Origin: Eledone cirrhosa
Lineage: Eukaryota
Length of the DNA stretch: 64,000 nucleotides
Direction: 5' to 3'
Assembly (NCBI GenBank): GCA_964016885.1
Contig: OZ024740.1
Location: 375,596,001 to 375,660,000, forward strand
Shown in pieces: positions 11,245-24,200 of this stretch (the first letter of the stretch is position 1; every line of letters begins with the position of its first letter). Under the pieces are notes generated by a model, which had not been told where the DNA came from, did no database searches, and saw only the letters and a program-made list of their open reading frames with translations. The translations under genes were made by a program, and so were the position numbers.

Positions 11245-13576
11245 CTGTGTCCCAGTTTTAAGTCAGCAATATTTTGGCACAGGATGTACGAATTCGGGAC
11301 GGTTTTATCGGTGTGCACATTTCGGAGAGACCTGGCTCACGGTACGGAACTGACTAAAGAGGTTGAATCACACCATGAATGGCACCCATCAAGAATATTC
11401 TGGAAAATATTCATAAACCCTGCACTAAAACCTCCAGAAATACGTAGCCTGTCAATGTTGGCCATGACCCAGTTTCACCTTTTACGTACGATCAATTTTA
11501 CTATAGCACCTCGAACCGGAGTTTATATCGACCTCATTGCCCGACTGACATGACTGAGCGCTTGATATTATTTTTGTTGCAAACATCTTTCTCGGTCTTT
11601 ACATGACCGCAGACAACATAATCTCTGTATATGAGACGTAAAAATGCGTTTAACAACGAACTCACCCAATTAATATAACGGGAAGTTCGACAGCAGAATA
11701 ATTATCTTCAATAAAACCGAAAGAGCAGTTGCTTCAGTGCGTTCAGACGTGAACTGGCATAAATCACGATGGTCATGTGATAATAGATAACAAAAGCTAT
11801 GTAGGCATTAGCCACCTCTATCCGACGTCTTCGGAATAATTTCTAGCCAGTCTGCTCCACATAGAGATCTATAGCAAACCTGAGCCCGAGCCATTTAACT
11901 GGTCCATCCACCCAATAATCCACTATGCTGTTAGATGTTACGGACATCCCTCTCCAGGTCCGGCTGAGCTTCAGGCCCATTGACCGTTGCTGGTTGGTGT
12001 TTGTATCTGTTACCGCATCGTAGCTATTAAAGTAAAACCGAACTCCACAAAGTTTTCCGGTTCGAAACTGCTAGTGTGCCGTCAACAAAATATGCTGAGA
12101 CAAATCGTCCCCATATTAGTTCGTGCTGAACGTAGCTCAACGCCTCCAATATCTGAAGTATTGTTTCTAGCCTTAATAAATATAGATAATGTGAGAGGCC
12201 ACGGTCTTGACAATCAATGTCTATGAAACTGAACGATTCCTATAGGTAACCTATTACACTAACCACCGATTAAACGTCAACTCAACATATATTTCAACGA
12301 TCTATACCCCGAAACCGAAACCGAAACAGACTTCCTTGAATATAGTTGCCATATATTGGTTTAAATTAATCAGAGACTTACCCACGACGTGTTCTTTCAC
12401 CAATATCTCCGTTATTTATGACATTGGGCGATAATTGATCTCTACAGAACAGTGCATATCTGCCTCAGGAAACAAGCATCACCGATAAAACTTGCTCTCT
12501 TTCTAACGCCATAACCACAATCCTGAAGCATGTGTTTAGCAGAGGTATGGGTCATTTTACAGCATTTCTACTGGTTTTCGGTTCACAAACCACTTGTGTT
12601 CCAACTTCTGATATCAGGTGTGGAAAACATCTGCCACGAACCAGCCGAAACAAGCTGACATATAATCAAAATTTGTCCACAGTTTACTTCAGGCTAGTGA
12701 CCCCCCCATGCGCCCTTCCTAGCTTTACCCTAATCCTAGAATATTCCTAATTCGCACGCTTCAAATGTTATTGTCTTTTCATCAAACCGATCAAAGATAT
12801 TAATCTCCCGCGAGAAAATATCAGTAATAAACCTTTTGAATTCTCATTTCATTTTATGTATATACCGTGCTCCAGGTTAGTGTGTTAATTATTGCTATTC
12901 TCCAATCATTACCATCTCAAATGTTATCGATAATTAGAATGCCCAAATGCACCCAGTGATGTAGAGATTTACCTCTAATGCTCCATTGCAACGTGCGTTG
13001 GACATGACGATAAATGGTTCAAATTCTACTCGTGAAAATAACGTGCAAGATGCTGAAGGGAAGAAATATCACGTGGTGGGCAGTCGGTATAAAGTGAGTA
13101 TAGATGAACAACTTTTATATGTCTATCTCTATTTATATAAATATATTTGATATTTTTTTTATATGATCCCTTTTGTTCGACTAAAGCTAGGCAGAAACAT
13201 GAGCTATTTCATGGGTTCCTTCTTACTTGCCGCATGTCCATAGATTACTACATTTCATACCAACTGCCTACCAAATGATACTTCCCACCTTTGAAAAAAT
13301 TATATCTAGCTGTCATTTGAAGATATCTCTTGTAAGAAATGTCCACTGAGAAGCCGCCATACTCTCGATTTTCGATAAAATATAGGATGTCAATCTATTA
13401 CATATAGGTACAATATAGGATGTCAATCTTTTACGGCGAACAGAGGTCACAATATTTCAATTGAGTAGGTAAGCATTTTGCATTGCTTGCTCTGCCCACT
13501 CATGAATTTATAATATTCTGATTTAAACATTTAACCAAGCCGGTAACTGGAGGACAACTTGTGTATGTATATCTCT

Positions 13577-13612
<36 letters not shown>

Positions 13613-13718
13613 GTAGCCTAGCGGGTAACTGGGGAAACCCACACCGAAATGACACTCACACTACACCCCAAAATACCAACCTAAAACTTAATTTTTCTAC
13701 CTCTTCTCACATAAAATA

Positions 13719-13907
13719 TAATTGTTTCTACTTTAGGCACAAGGCCAGCAAATACCCAGTTAATTACTGGTACTTTATTTTATCGACCCCGTAAGGATGA
13801 AAGGCAAAGTCAACCTCGGCGGGATTTGAACTCAGATCGTAAAGGGACGTAACTATGCTGGAAAGCATGGCGTCCGACCCTCTACCGATACTGCCAATCC
13901 ACCCCCC
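13719..13907 (-). mobile_element. tRNA-derived SINE inserted in the PLE
   Basis: A box TGGCAGTATCGG, B box GTTCAAATCC. 21 bp TSD tcttctcacataaaatataat at 13702-13722 and 13909-13929. Confidence 0.9.
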
Positions 13908-15601
13908 GTCTTCTCACATAAAATATAATGACTTTCAAAAAACCATTCATCCTAATACTCCAATATATGTTAACAACATTACTAACAAAATCCCTAATAA
14001 TCAGACTAAAACACCCAAATTAGTTAATCTAACGAAACCTATATATGATAAATTCACTAATAGTAACTCTCTTAGTAATCCTGATACATCGTACAAATAT
14101 AAATAACAATATCAAAACCGTAATAGACGGGTTACTTGGTATAATGCTCCATTAATCTACAAATTAAAGATAATATCCCTAAAATGTGTTTACTATCCTA
14201 GAGAAAAACTTCCCGCCAAACCATAAATACCATCAAATTTTAAATGGATCAACTATCAAATTTTCCTACTCCACTGCCAAAAATATACAACAAAATATAA
14301 GTGCGTACAACGCATATAAATGTAAAAAAAACGACGAATATACCACCTACACATCAAACCAACCATAATACTAAAATAAACCGCAACAAACCACCATCTG
14401 CTGCACATATATCAAGTCAAATACATTCCACGCCAAATTTGACTAACTCCCCCGATATAATATTCACGAATGGTTGTAACTGTAGAAACAAATGAAATTG
14501 CCCATTAAAGGGAAATTGTCTTATTAAGTACATAGTCTATAAATGTAAAATTAGCACTAAGGACTCCACTTATTCATATATAGGAGCTACGTCTAACCAA
14601 TTTAAAGTAAGATTTAATACCCACAAACATAGTTTTTAAAATGGCGCATTAGCTAATACAACATCCTTGGCTGAAACAATTAATAATTATAGAAAAAAGA
14701 ATATCGATTACAACCTGACCTGGAGTGTGCTCAAAAGGGCCACCCCATATCAAAATAACAGATACGAGTGTAGATTATGTTCCCAGGAACATTTTGAAAT
14801 AATGAAACCTAGGGATATTCTATTAATAAGCGACAAGAATTAATTATATCTTGCAATCATAGAATTAGAAGAACTTTCAAATATTATAAACCTAATTAAT
14901 ATACACCTTACACTTATATTTTACATATTATTATAATTAGTTTTTTTTAATTTAGTTAATCTATAATTAGTACTTTACTACAGAGAACTTCTTAATTTTA
15001 TTTCCCTCTTACAGCTCTATTTTCCTAAAATTAATACCTAAAAGTATACATATAAATTAATTTAATTTCCTGTTACGAATCTAGATTCCTTGTAGTTTAT
15101 ATAAGATTGGTATTTCTAACTACTACCCTTATCCCAAAATTTTATTTTCCTTCGTTTTTAACAACATTCTTTAATAACATCTAATTCTTATTTATCACAT
15201 CCATATCAAGTAATATAAATGTATCCCTATAAGTATACCTATCAATTAATTGAATTTCTTGTTATAGATCTAGATTCCTTGTGGTTTAAATAAGATTGGT
15301 ATTTCTCACTTACCCCAAAATTTTACTTTCCTTCGTTTTTAACACTATTCTTTAATAACATCAAATGTTCCTGTACCCTTCACCGGCTTGACCTCTTTTC
15401 ATCCCCAAAGTATTCTTTTCATTCAAAGTATTATTTCTATTCAAAACATACGTCTGCACCCCTCTACCCCTAAATTACATTTCTACTACTACTATTCTAT
15501 CAACTTGACCTCTTACTACTTTTCTATTGGTCAATTCAAAACCTGTTCCCAAACAGACCTATTATATTAAATCTTTGTTGGTTTTTTTCAATAAACAAAT
15601 C

Positions 15602-15740
15602 TCATCATTTCTGAAGACAGCATATATATGTGAAGGTATGTATATTTCCTCTGATAGTTTGTAATATTTTTACATAGATCTATATGATATACATACCAAC
15701 ACATATATATATATCCTAGAAACGATCGTAAAATTGATGA
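15602..15740 (+). ncRNA. Type I hammerhead with 101 nt stem II domain
   Basis: TCATCATTT-CTGAAGA-[15618-15718]-GAA-ACGATCGT-A-AAAtTGATGA. The insert pairs ATATATATGTG/CACATATATAT and GGTATGTATAT/ATATACATACC. Confidence 0.72.
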
Positions 15741-15920
15741 TCTTTTTAAATATAAGGAACTTGTTCTTTGTTTTTATTCATTGTTTTTATTCATTTATCT
15801 TAACTCTATTTTCCAGTGATTTTCATCGAAAATGTTTGAATGCATCTTCTCTTTTCATGATATTTGGACTACATTATTGAGTTCTTCATACGGATTGGAC
15901 ACTACCGTATATTTTGGTAG

Positions 15921-15964
<44 letters not shown>

Positions 15965-15968
<4 letters not shown>

Positions 15969-17015
15969 GAAGATAAGTCAAATTAAATTTGTTTGTGCGA
16001 ATCAGGTGGCCTAACGAAATATAATATGGAAGATTGCTTCGCAAATGTTTTTCTCGGTGTGTTCTTTGCAAGGCATACGGTATTAATCCAGTTAAATATA
16101 TTTGTTCCTCTGACCAAACATACCAGCCTTCCTGGTAACATACTGATTATACTGGTTCGTACGTATGTTGGGTGTGTGTATATGTGTACTTCATGTTTTG
16201 GTTGACGTACGTCTCCGAACATTTGTGTATTTACATGTAGGTATCAGTGTGCCCTTGTTATATACGTATTTATTTATTTATTTACGTTTATATAATTACT
16301 TATTTATTTGTATACACGCACACACACACATATTTATATGTGCGTGGTTTTGTATACCTATGGCGAGTGTTTTCGCGTATGCTTGTGTATGTACGTATTT
16401 GGATGCGTGTATTTATTTATTTAATATCAATTACCTCTGTATTGTATTTTATTTACTTTATTCTTAACTCTGAAGCGGAGAATCATTCGGTTTCCTAGTT
16501 AGAATTTTAGTCTACGACTTCAGCTATAACTTTTACGTGGTTTTGTTTTTGCGTGCAATCGTTCTCCACGGTCCACATATGACGTATTATCTTCGTTTTG
16601 TACTTTCATTGCCAGAGAACGTCTCTATGAACCACTTAAGAGAACATTAGTCTACGACTTCTTTTATACCATAAACTTGGTTCTATCTTTGCGTGTAATT
16701 GTTTTTCACTGTTCCAAATAATGACGTATTATATTCGTTTTTTTCCGTTCTTTGCCAGGGAACATTTCCCCGAACCAAAGTATCGTCTTCCTGTCTTCCT
16801 CCGGTTGCAGCGTATTTTGAAATATCCACTTCTGCGTTTACAGATAGACTTTGTTAGGTTCAGAAGATCCCGTTAAGGGTGAAAGCAGCGACTCTTTGCT
16901 TAAACTTTAATCTGTTATTTTAATAAATATTTTCTCTACGGTTCTTATATATTTGATATATATTTATCCTCCTTATCGAGCCCTGTTTGGATTTAATCTT
17001 CACATTTATTATTAT

Positions 17016-17020
<5 letters not shown>
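15965..17020 (+). mobile_element. PLE 3' UTR/pLTR fragment, same family as 1-1216; hammerhead at 16856-16906
   Basis: 16158-17020 aligns by eye with ~355-1216; flanked by (TA)n. Confidence 0.85.
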
Positions 17021-17054
<34 letters not shown>

Positions 17055-17104
17055 AAAGTTCTATTTAAAATTGTTGGGATACAATATAGTATATATATAT
17101 ATAT

Positions 17105-17250
17105 AACGAAGGAAGTTTTTTAAGGAAGCAGATGGACGACAACGCACCAGAGTACTCAATACTTAGGGTAGCAGAGTGGGTAATGGGAAAATGTTTAGTA
17201 CAGAAATAGCCGTCGAAACGGCTTGAGCTCTGCCGTCGGGTTTAAATATG
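17105..17250. repeat. Short fold-back dispersed repeat (family of 54771-55070 and 55538-55713)
   Basis: Shares aacgcaccagagtactca..gtgggtaat.ggaaaa and gagctc.gccgtcggg segments in opposite orientations. Confidence 0.7.
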
Positions 17251-17325
17251 TTCATCTCTCTGTCTCTGTCTCTCTCGCTCTCGCTCTCTCTCTCGCTCTC
17301 GCTCTCTCTCTCGCTCTCTCTCTCG

Positions 17326-17429
<104 letters not shown>

Positions 17430-17594
17430 CGGGTAAAATTCCCGAGATCCATGGACGAGTTCTCTCCAGCGGTCTCTGTCCCTCATTATCGCTGCCATAT
17501 CCTGCATCTCCAACAGACCAGTGTCTATCCTTAGGGCATCAACATATGTTAACCTTGGTCTTCCTCTTCTAGTGTGTCCATGTAGGGGCTCCCA
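17430..17594 (-). mobile_element. RTE-type LINE 3' fragment
   Basis: WEPLHGHTRRGRPRLTYVDALRIDTG..MRDRDRWRELV, a typical RTE ORF C-terminus. Confidence 0.8.
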
Positions 17595-18544
17595 ATATAT
17601 ATATATATATATATTTAGAAGAAAATTATTTAGAAGTGGTAATGTTGCTACGAGGAACCACCATTTGGTAGAAAGATATGATATTTATATCGACAACGAC
17701 TTTAGCTTGTTTTTACATAATTTATTAACAAAGGTTAAGAAGTGAATTAAGCTGGCATGCCAAGAGAAATGAAATAATTCAATTAAGATTACAAGAGAAC
17801 ATACGGTCGACTGGCTGAAGCGTTTGGCCAGGTCCGTAGTAATGTTTTGTCTTTACATATTGTTTGTGCTTGTGGAGCAAAAGAACAAGTGGTGTTTACC
17901 TTAGCATTGTCAAGCTGCAAGAGAGAGATTCTTCAAATCTTCACGGGTAATCTCTCCCCTCAGGACGCGTAGGGATACATCCTCTTCTACTGGCGCTGAT
18001 TGGCTGAGCTGAGCCATATCACGCACAGAGAATGTATGTGAGCCCGCGGAATGTAGGTCACTACATATATAAATCAGGATAGAACCAGTTGAAAACAAGT
18101 TAGGCCAGTACTTAGCAGAATACTTGATACTTGGTATAGAGAGAGTATGGTTATATTATAAAGTTTCGGGACTTCAGTGCTGATCTCTTGCCGTTTCAAC
18201 AGCTAGTTTTGTTCTAGACGGCTATGGAAAATACTATGCCAGTGCATATTACTGTAGAAAATCTGACTAAATGCGTTACATCATTTATATTTGATGTTCT
18301 TAGACAGCAATCTTGTATCCAGCTTTCAAACATGAATTGACAGTCTTAAGAAGCGAAATCACAAATGGAAAATGTATGTACTTTTAGATGTATAAACATG
18401 CGACATATCTCAGTAGAAATACAGCTAGACATATGCTTGTTTACTATACTTAAATATATTCTATATGTCTATATTTTGAATCACGCTGAGGTAGTGCTCC
18501 TCATGATATACTTGGGTCAACCTAGGGCAGCTATTCCAGAGGCG

Positions 18545-18810
18545 TCATCGTCTGTAATACATACACGGTCCTCCAGTACCTTACATCATTGGCGGACCCT
18601 TGTTAGTCCATCTGCGTCCTCCAAGGTAACTTCGAGCCTCTGAAGATCTTCCTTAATCTCATCCAACCATCTGATACGGGGCCTGCCGCGACGCCTAATC
18701 CAGCCTGTAGATGCTGCGTTGAACGAGAGGAATACAAAGTTAGGATGATCTGGTGGAAGGCGGTGAACATATCTGTATCCGTACCAGAGTATGCGGTAAT
18801 GGTTATGAGG
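18545..18810 (-). mobile_element. RTE-type LINE 3' fragment, decayed
   Basis: VHRLPPDHP..GWIRRRGRPRIRWLDEIKEDL. Confidence 0.7.
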
Positions 18811-19126
18811 CGGGAAATAATCTTACTTAATTATATTATCATAGTGAACTAAATACACCTGTACAATGCATCCGTATTGAAAAATATATCAATAAAATGT
18901 TACGTTCATTAGCGATAATAATCTGTTATTTGAAGTAGCCTACCGTAATTAATTAGTCTAATCAGCTCATTGCAACCAGTGCAACAACAATGTAAATACT
19001 GTTATGGCATCATTTTAAATACCTGCCTTCCAATTTCGAAGTTACAGTATACATATATAGAAATATAATATATTGCTTCTCGCCAACTCGATTCCAGATA
19101 ATGTCTTGCTAAATATATATAAATAG

Positions 19127-19240
<114 letters not shown>

Positions 19241-19255
19241 GTGTGTGTGTGTGTG

Positions 19256-21085
19256 TGTGTAAATATGAGAATAAACGTGCTGCGTGGTTGCTAATGGGTT
19301 ACATATGAATTAAGTTAGTTCTTCATCAGTGATCTTCCAACCATCATTGGTATTTCATCGCTTTAAAGACAAACAAAGATGGTGAGGCAACGAAAAGTGA
19401 GGAAGTAGGAGTCAAGTCCCAAATTTCCATGAATATAAGTTCGGTGAAATCGTGAACGAGAGAGAAAGATTCCTTCTTCCTCCCGTTAGACCTGTATGGA
19501 ATTCCTTCCTTGCTCACATTCCAACCAGGTTTGATGGTCTTTATTCTATCTCGTTCACGATTTCACCGAACTTATATTCATGGAAATTTGGGACTTGACC
19601 CCTACTTCCTCACTTTTCGTTGCTTCACCATCTTTGTTTGTTTACACTCTCGTGTCCCCTTTATTTACGTGTCCCAACGACTTCTTTTAGCCATTGCTCG
19701 CACCAACCGGAGGTATATGGTCTTTAAAGCGATGAAATACCAATGATGGTTGGAAGATCACTGATGAAGGACTAACTTTATTCATATGTAACCCATTAGC
19801 AACCACGCAGAACGTTTATTCTCATATTTATACATATTTTTCCCCCGAGTGACCCGTCTATTTCGTTCTTACTGCTTCCTCTTTCTCTGTATCTTTACCC
19901 TCTCTAACAGTCACTCTCTCTGGTAGCCTCTTCCTCATCCTTCACTCACTCACTCTCTGTTACTACCTCTCCTCCTCCTCCTTCTTCCCGTTTGACCTGT
20001 GCGTAATTCTTTTCTTTTGCACCCTTGGTCAGGCATGTTCGCTTTTTTTTCTCTCTCTCGTCTACGATTTCACAGAACTTATGTTCACCGAATTTACAGA
20101 CTAGATTCCTTCTTCCTCCCGTTAGACCTGTACGGAATGTCTTCCTTGCTCACATTCCAACCAGGTTTGATGGTCTTTATTCTCTCTCGTTCACGATTTC
20201 ACCGAATTTATATTCATGGAAATTTGGGACTTGACTCCTTCCTCCTCACTTTTCGTTGCTTCACCATCTTTGTTTGTTTACACTCTCGTGTCCCCTTTAT
20301 TTACGTGTCCCAACGACTTTTTTTAGCCGTTGCTCGCACCAACCGGAGGTATATGGTCTTTAAAGCGATTAAATACCAATGATGGTTGGAAGATCACTGA
20401 TGAAGAACTAACTTTATTCATATGTAATCCATTAGCAACCACGCAGCACGTTTATTCTCATATTTACACATATTTTTCCCCCGCTGAGACCCTCTATTTC
20501 GTTCTTACTGCTTCCTCTTTCTCTGTATCTTTACTCGCTCTAACAGTCACTCTCTCTGTTAGGCTCTTCCTCACCCTTCACTCACTCACTCTCTGTTACT
20601 ACCTCTCCTCCTCCTCCTTCTACCCGTTTGACCTGTGCGTAATTCTTTTCTTTCGCACCCTTGGTCAGGCAGGTTCGCTTTTTTTTCTCTCTCTCGTCTA
20701 CGATTTCACAGAACTTATGTTCACCGAATTCACAGACTAGATTCCTTCTTCCTCCCGTTAGACTTGTACGGAATTCCTTCCTTGCTCACATTCCAACCAG
20801 GTTTGATGGTCTTTATTCTCTCTCGTTCACGCTTTCACCGAACTTATATTCATGGAAATTTGGGACTTGACTCCTTCCTCCTCGTTTTTCGTTGCTTCAC
20901 TATCTTTGTTTGTTTACACTCTCGTGTCCCCCTTATTTACGTGTCCCCCTTATTTACGTGTCCCCCTTATTTACGTGTCCCAACGACTTTTTTTAGCCGT
21001 TGCTCGCACCAACCGGAGGTATATGGTCTTTAAAGCGATGAAATACAAATGATGGTTGGAAGATCACTGATGAAGGACTAATTTA
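19256..21085 (+). repeat. ~2.5 tandem copies of a 636 bp pyrimidine-rich unit with inverted pieces at the left end
   Basis: CTGATGA marker at 19761, 20397 and 21067 (last interval +34 from two extra 17 bp ttatttacgtgtccccc repeats). 19256-19467 is inverted. Confidence 0.88.
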
Positions 21086-21228
21086 TTAATATATATATAT
21101 ATATATATATATAAGTTTCAGGTTATGAATAATGTAGTGATAATATATCGTCACGTTAGAGATGAACAGCGTACGTGTAGGTTTGCTCAACGAGTATAAA
21201 TTATAATCCGGAGAAAATGTAGAAAAGA

Positions 21229-22217
21229 TGAATATAAAATGAAAGTGCTTTTTTAAAAAGGAATTTATTAGGTATTGACATATTTTTCTGTAACAGACGG
21301 ATTACCTATGTATCGCTGCTTGCGTAATCATATAATGTTAGCAAGTATTCGATAGCAAATGTATAATCAGTTGTCACTTCTTCAGAGATATTGGATAATT
21401 TGGAAAAAATCAGAAAAATTGAAGTATTTATATTAGTTGTAAGAAAGGAAGAGAGGGGATAGTATATGACAGATGGCAATTCAATTTACTGGTAAACAAG
21501 TATATAAAGGGTTTCTAATGAGAGTACAATGAGTATATGGTTTATTTTATCTAAATAAGAATGTGTGGGAGTGCCTATTTTAATCTATACTTGACCAATT
21601 GAACAATGGAGAGGGCTGGTCGTTTGGTGTAGTAGTATTAATAGATATAAAGTGTCAATTAAGGAAGAGGGAGATTTACACTGCTACTGAATAACAACAA
21701 TGCTGGTAGTCTGCTGGTATATGCATTAGGGAATTGAATTAAGAAATCTCATTTTATCTATAGCAGTTTATATTAAATGGTAAATAATAGAAGAGTTGAT
21801 AGAATTAAGACTGATAGAAAATGTTAATATGTATTTTGACAATCAAACGGAGATGGAGACAGGCGTTCAATCCTGGTTGTGTTTGTAATATGAAAATGTA
21901 GATTTCAAGCGATGGTTACAGTATAACGATCGCTCTATTCTGTTATTTAATAAAATATTTTTAGATTTCATAATACAAAATAATTCCATATTACACAATT
22001 TACAAAATTCCTGTCCGTGGGTTTGGAGGGGCAGGGGTTATTATATCCCATTTATCTCTGAAGAAGTGACAACTGATTATACATTTGCTATCGAATACTT
22101 GCTAACATTATATGATTACGCAAGCAGCGATACATAGGTATTCCGTCTGTTACAGAAACATATGTCAATACCTAATAAATTCCTTTTTATAAAAGCACTT
22201 TCATTTTATATTCATCA
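21229..22217 (-). mobile_element. 5'-truncated Naiad-like PLE with 5' inverted pLTR
   Basis: Minus frame ~22038-21867 reads FCKLCNMELFCIMKSKNILLNNRIERSLYCNHRLK..*. pLTR at 21229-21400 is inverted at 22040-22217. Confidence 0.85.
22053..22170 (+). ncRNA. Type I hammerhead with 90 nt stem II domain (second copy 21273-21390 on minus)
   Basis: CTGAAGA-aGTGACA...TGTTACa-GAA-ACATATGT-C; GUC triplet, palindromic stem III, weak stem I. Confidence 0.62.
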
Positions 22218-22314
22218 TATATATATATATATATATATATAAAGAAAAAAAAGATGAAATTGAAAATGCAACTGGAGTCTTATTTTTTTAAATATATATA
22301 TATTTATTTGGTTC

Positions 22315-22350
22315 CTTTACCGGTTTCGCAGTTCTTCTGCTTTTCAAAAG
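22315..22350 (-). ncRNA. 36 nt minimal hammerhead, U3-A8 covariant core
   Basis: CTT-TTGAAAA-GCAG aagaa CTGC-GAA-ACCGGT-A-AAG. Confidence 0.7.
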
Positions 22351-22384
22351 TAGATTGAGATGTAGTGTCTGTGGTTTTTCTCAC

Positions 22385-23700
22385 ATCTGGTTTGTCTCTG
22401 AATGTTTTTTTATATGGAAAAAAAGTGGCTCGAAATGCCAGGTTTTAGAGAAGTAATTTGATTGGTTGGTCAATAACTGTAATAAATTTCGCGCCAGTTC
22501 GCGTTACAAAGTTCTTCAAACAAAGGGGTGAGGCACATTTCCAGGTATCATCCCCCCCCCACACACACACACGATATATATATATATTCTCTTCATCTTA
22601 ACATGCTAACCATACTCCCACACACATAACACCCATACACACACACATATCAACCCCCACCCCCCACACACGCAACTCCCTCCCCCATTTCTACTAATAG
22701 AATCACTTTCCTACACACATATATACACACTCACAAAATATATATATTCTCTCCATCTTAACATATTCGCACGAACACACACACACACACACAACACCCA
22801 TATACACACACAGCTCCCTCACCCATTTCTACTAATAGAGTTATTTCCAATACACACACACACACACACACACACAAGCACACAAGCACACAAATAAACA
22901 TACACATCTTTGCTTTCTTTACGTCAATAGAAAATCTGAATTCTGACACCCCAGCGAACTAACCATATTCACTGAACCAGAACAATTCTCCCATCCAATT
23001 TCTCTTGACCATTATCTTTTGCTTGTCATAAAACGCTCTAAAAAGGCTACAGAATAGATTTCCAAATAAGGGCGCGAAAACTTGTTCACGTGACAGCCAT
23101 AATTTCATTTATAACCAATCAAATTACGTTTATTAAAAAAAAGCCTTTGTGAGCCCCTTTTTTAAGTAAAAAGAAATTGAAATACACAGACACACACACA
23201 AGCACACAAATAAACATACATATCTTTACTTTCAATAGAAAATCTGATAGAAAATCTGAATTCTGACACCCCAGCGAACTAACCATATTCACTGAACCAG
23301 AACAATTCTCCCATCCCATTTCTTTTGACCATTATCTTTTACTTATCATAAAATTCTCTAAAAAGGCTACAGAATGGATTTCCAAATAAGGGTGCGAACA
23401 TTTAATGAAAACTTGTTCACGTGACAGCCATAATTTCATTTATAACCAATCAAATTACGTTTATTAAAAAAAAAGCCTTCGTGAGCCTCTTTTTTCAAGT
23501 AAAAAGAAATTCAAACACTCATATATGAAAAAACAACCTGTGACAGCCCCCACCCCTTGTTTGAAGAACTTTGTAACGCGAACTGGCGCGAAATTTATTA
23601 TAATTATTGACCAACCAATCAAATTACTTCTCGAAAAACCTGGCATTTCGAGCCACTTTTTCCATATAAAACAAGTAACATTCAGAGACCAACCAGATCT
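22385..23700. mobile_element. Fold-back element with ~150 bp inverted ends and internal ~320 bp tandem duplication (probable PLE end)
   Basis: 22385-22530 is inverted at 23550-23700; ~22860-23180 is repeated at ~23180-23510. Confidence 0.7.
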
Positions 23701-24200
23701 TTAGAGAGGAATTTCCATTGACCAAATTGCCTGATTGGAAGATGACAATGTGGGCAAACTAACATTCCAGATCCCAAGCGACCAGTTTTGGTCATCGCTT
23801 GAACCAGGACCACAGCTAGGTCAAAGATAGGAGCTAAAGAAAGAGATGTCTGACAAATGACGGCCACACCTGTTCACCGTTTAAGGATAGCTTTCAATAC
23901 TGTAACCTCAACGGATCTTTGAGCATCGTCAGCCACGGTATGTCCACTCTTCCACGTTGGCAATCACTGTTGTTATGCACCTGGAAACATTCACCAGTCC
24001 ATCCATCGAGCGTCCGACGACGTTGTTTAACAGCATGGATATGCCTCACCAGCTGCCACGCAGCAAACTGGATTGATCTTTTCCCCTGTCAATCTTTCAT
24101 ATTCCTCTAAGAAGTTGCCGACCATATTGACTTCCAAGATGTTCGATACCATCACCAGTCGAAGATCTCACAGGCGACCGAAATATGAGCTAGTGAACGT
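23700..24200 (-). mobile_element. Tx1/L1-clade LINE RT remnant, highly decayed
   Basis: Pieces read LEEYERLTGEKINP, IPWLTML..LRL and GEQVWPSFVRH; similar to 60380-60985. Confidence 0.55.

Larger units (their letters stand above)
13610..15930 (+). mobile_element. 5'-truncated Naiad-like PLE (linker, GIY-YIG endonuclease, 3' UTR/pLTR), decayed
   Basis: VTWYNAP; FPPNHKYHQILN..IKFSYS; GCNCRNK*NCPLKGNCL..IVYKC; YIGATSNQFKVRFNTHKHSF; CRLCSQE; SCNHR; ORF ends ~14899. Tandem duplication ~15055-15360 in the UTR. Confidence 0.88.

Noticed and set aside
11245-13555. 2.3 kb more GC-balanced segment between TA tracts
   Set aside because: No long ORF, terminal repeat or motif recognised; left unannotated.
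14480-14505. In-frame TGA near cysteines (CNCRNK*NCPL) as selenocysteine, known in some Naiad PLEs
   Set aside because: The TGA is not at a conserved Cys position and the same copy has a TAA stop and frameshifts, so simple decay is likelier.
23555-23605. TTGAAGA...GAAA candidate hammerhead (inverted copy ~22475-22525)
   Set aside because: Stem II and stem III pairing too weak to call.
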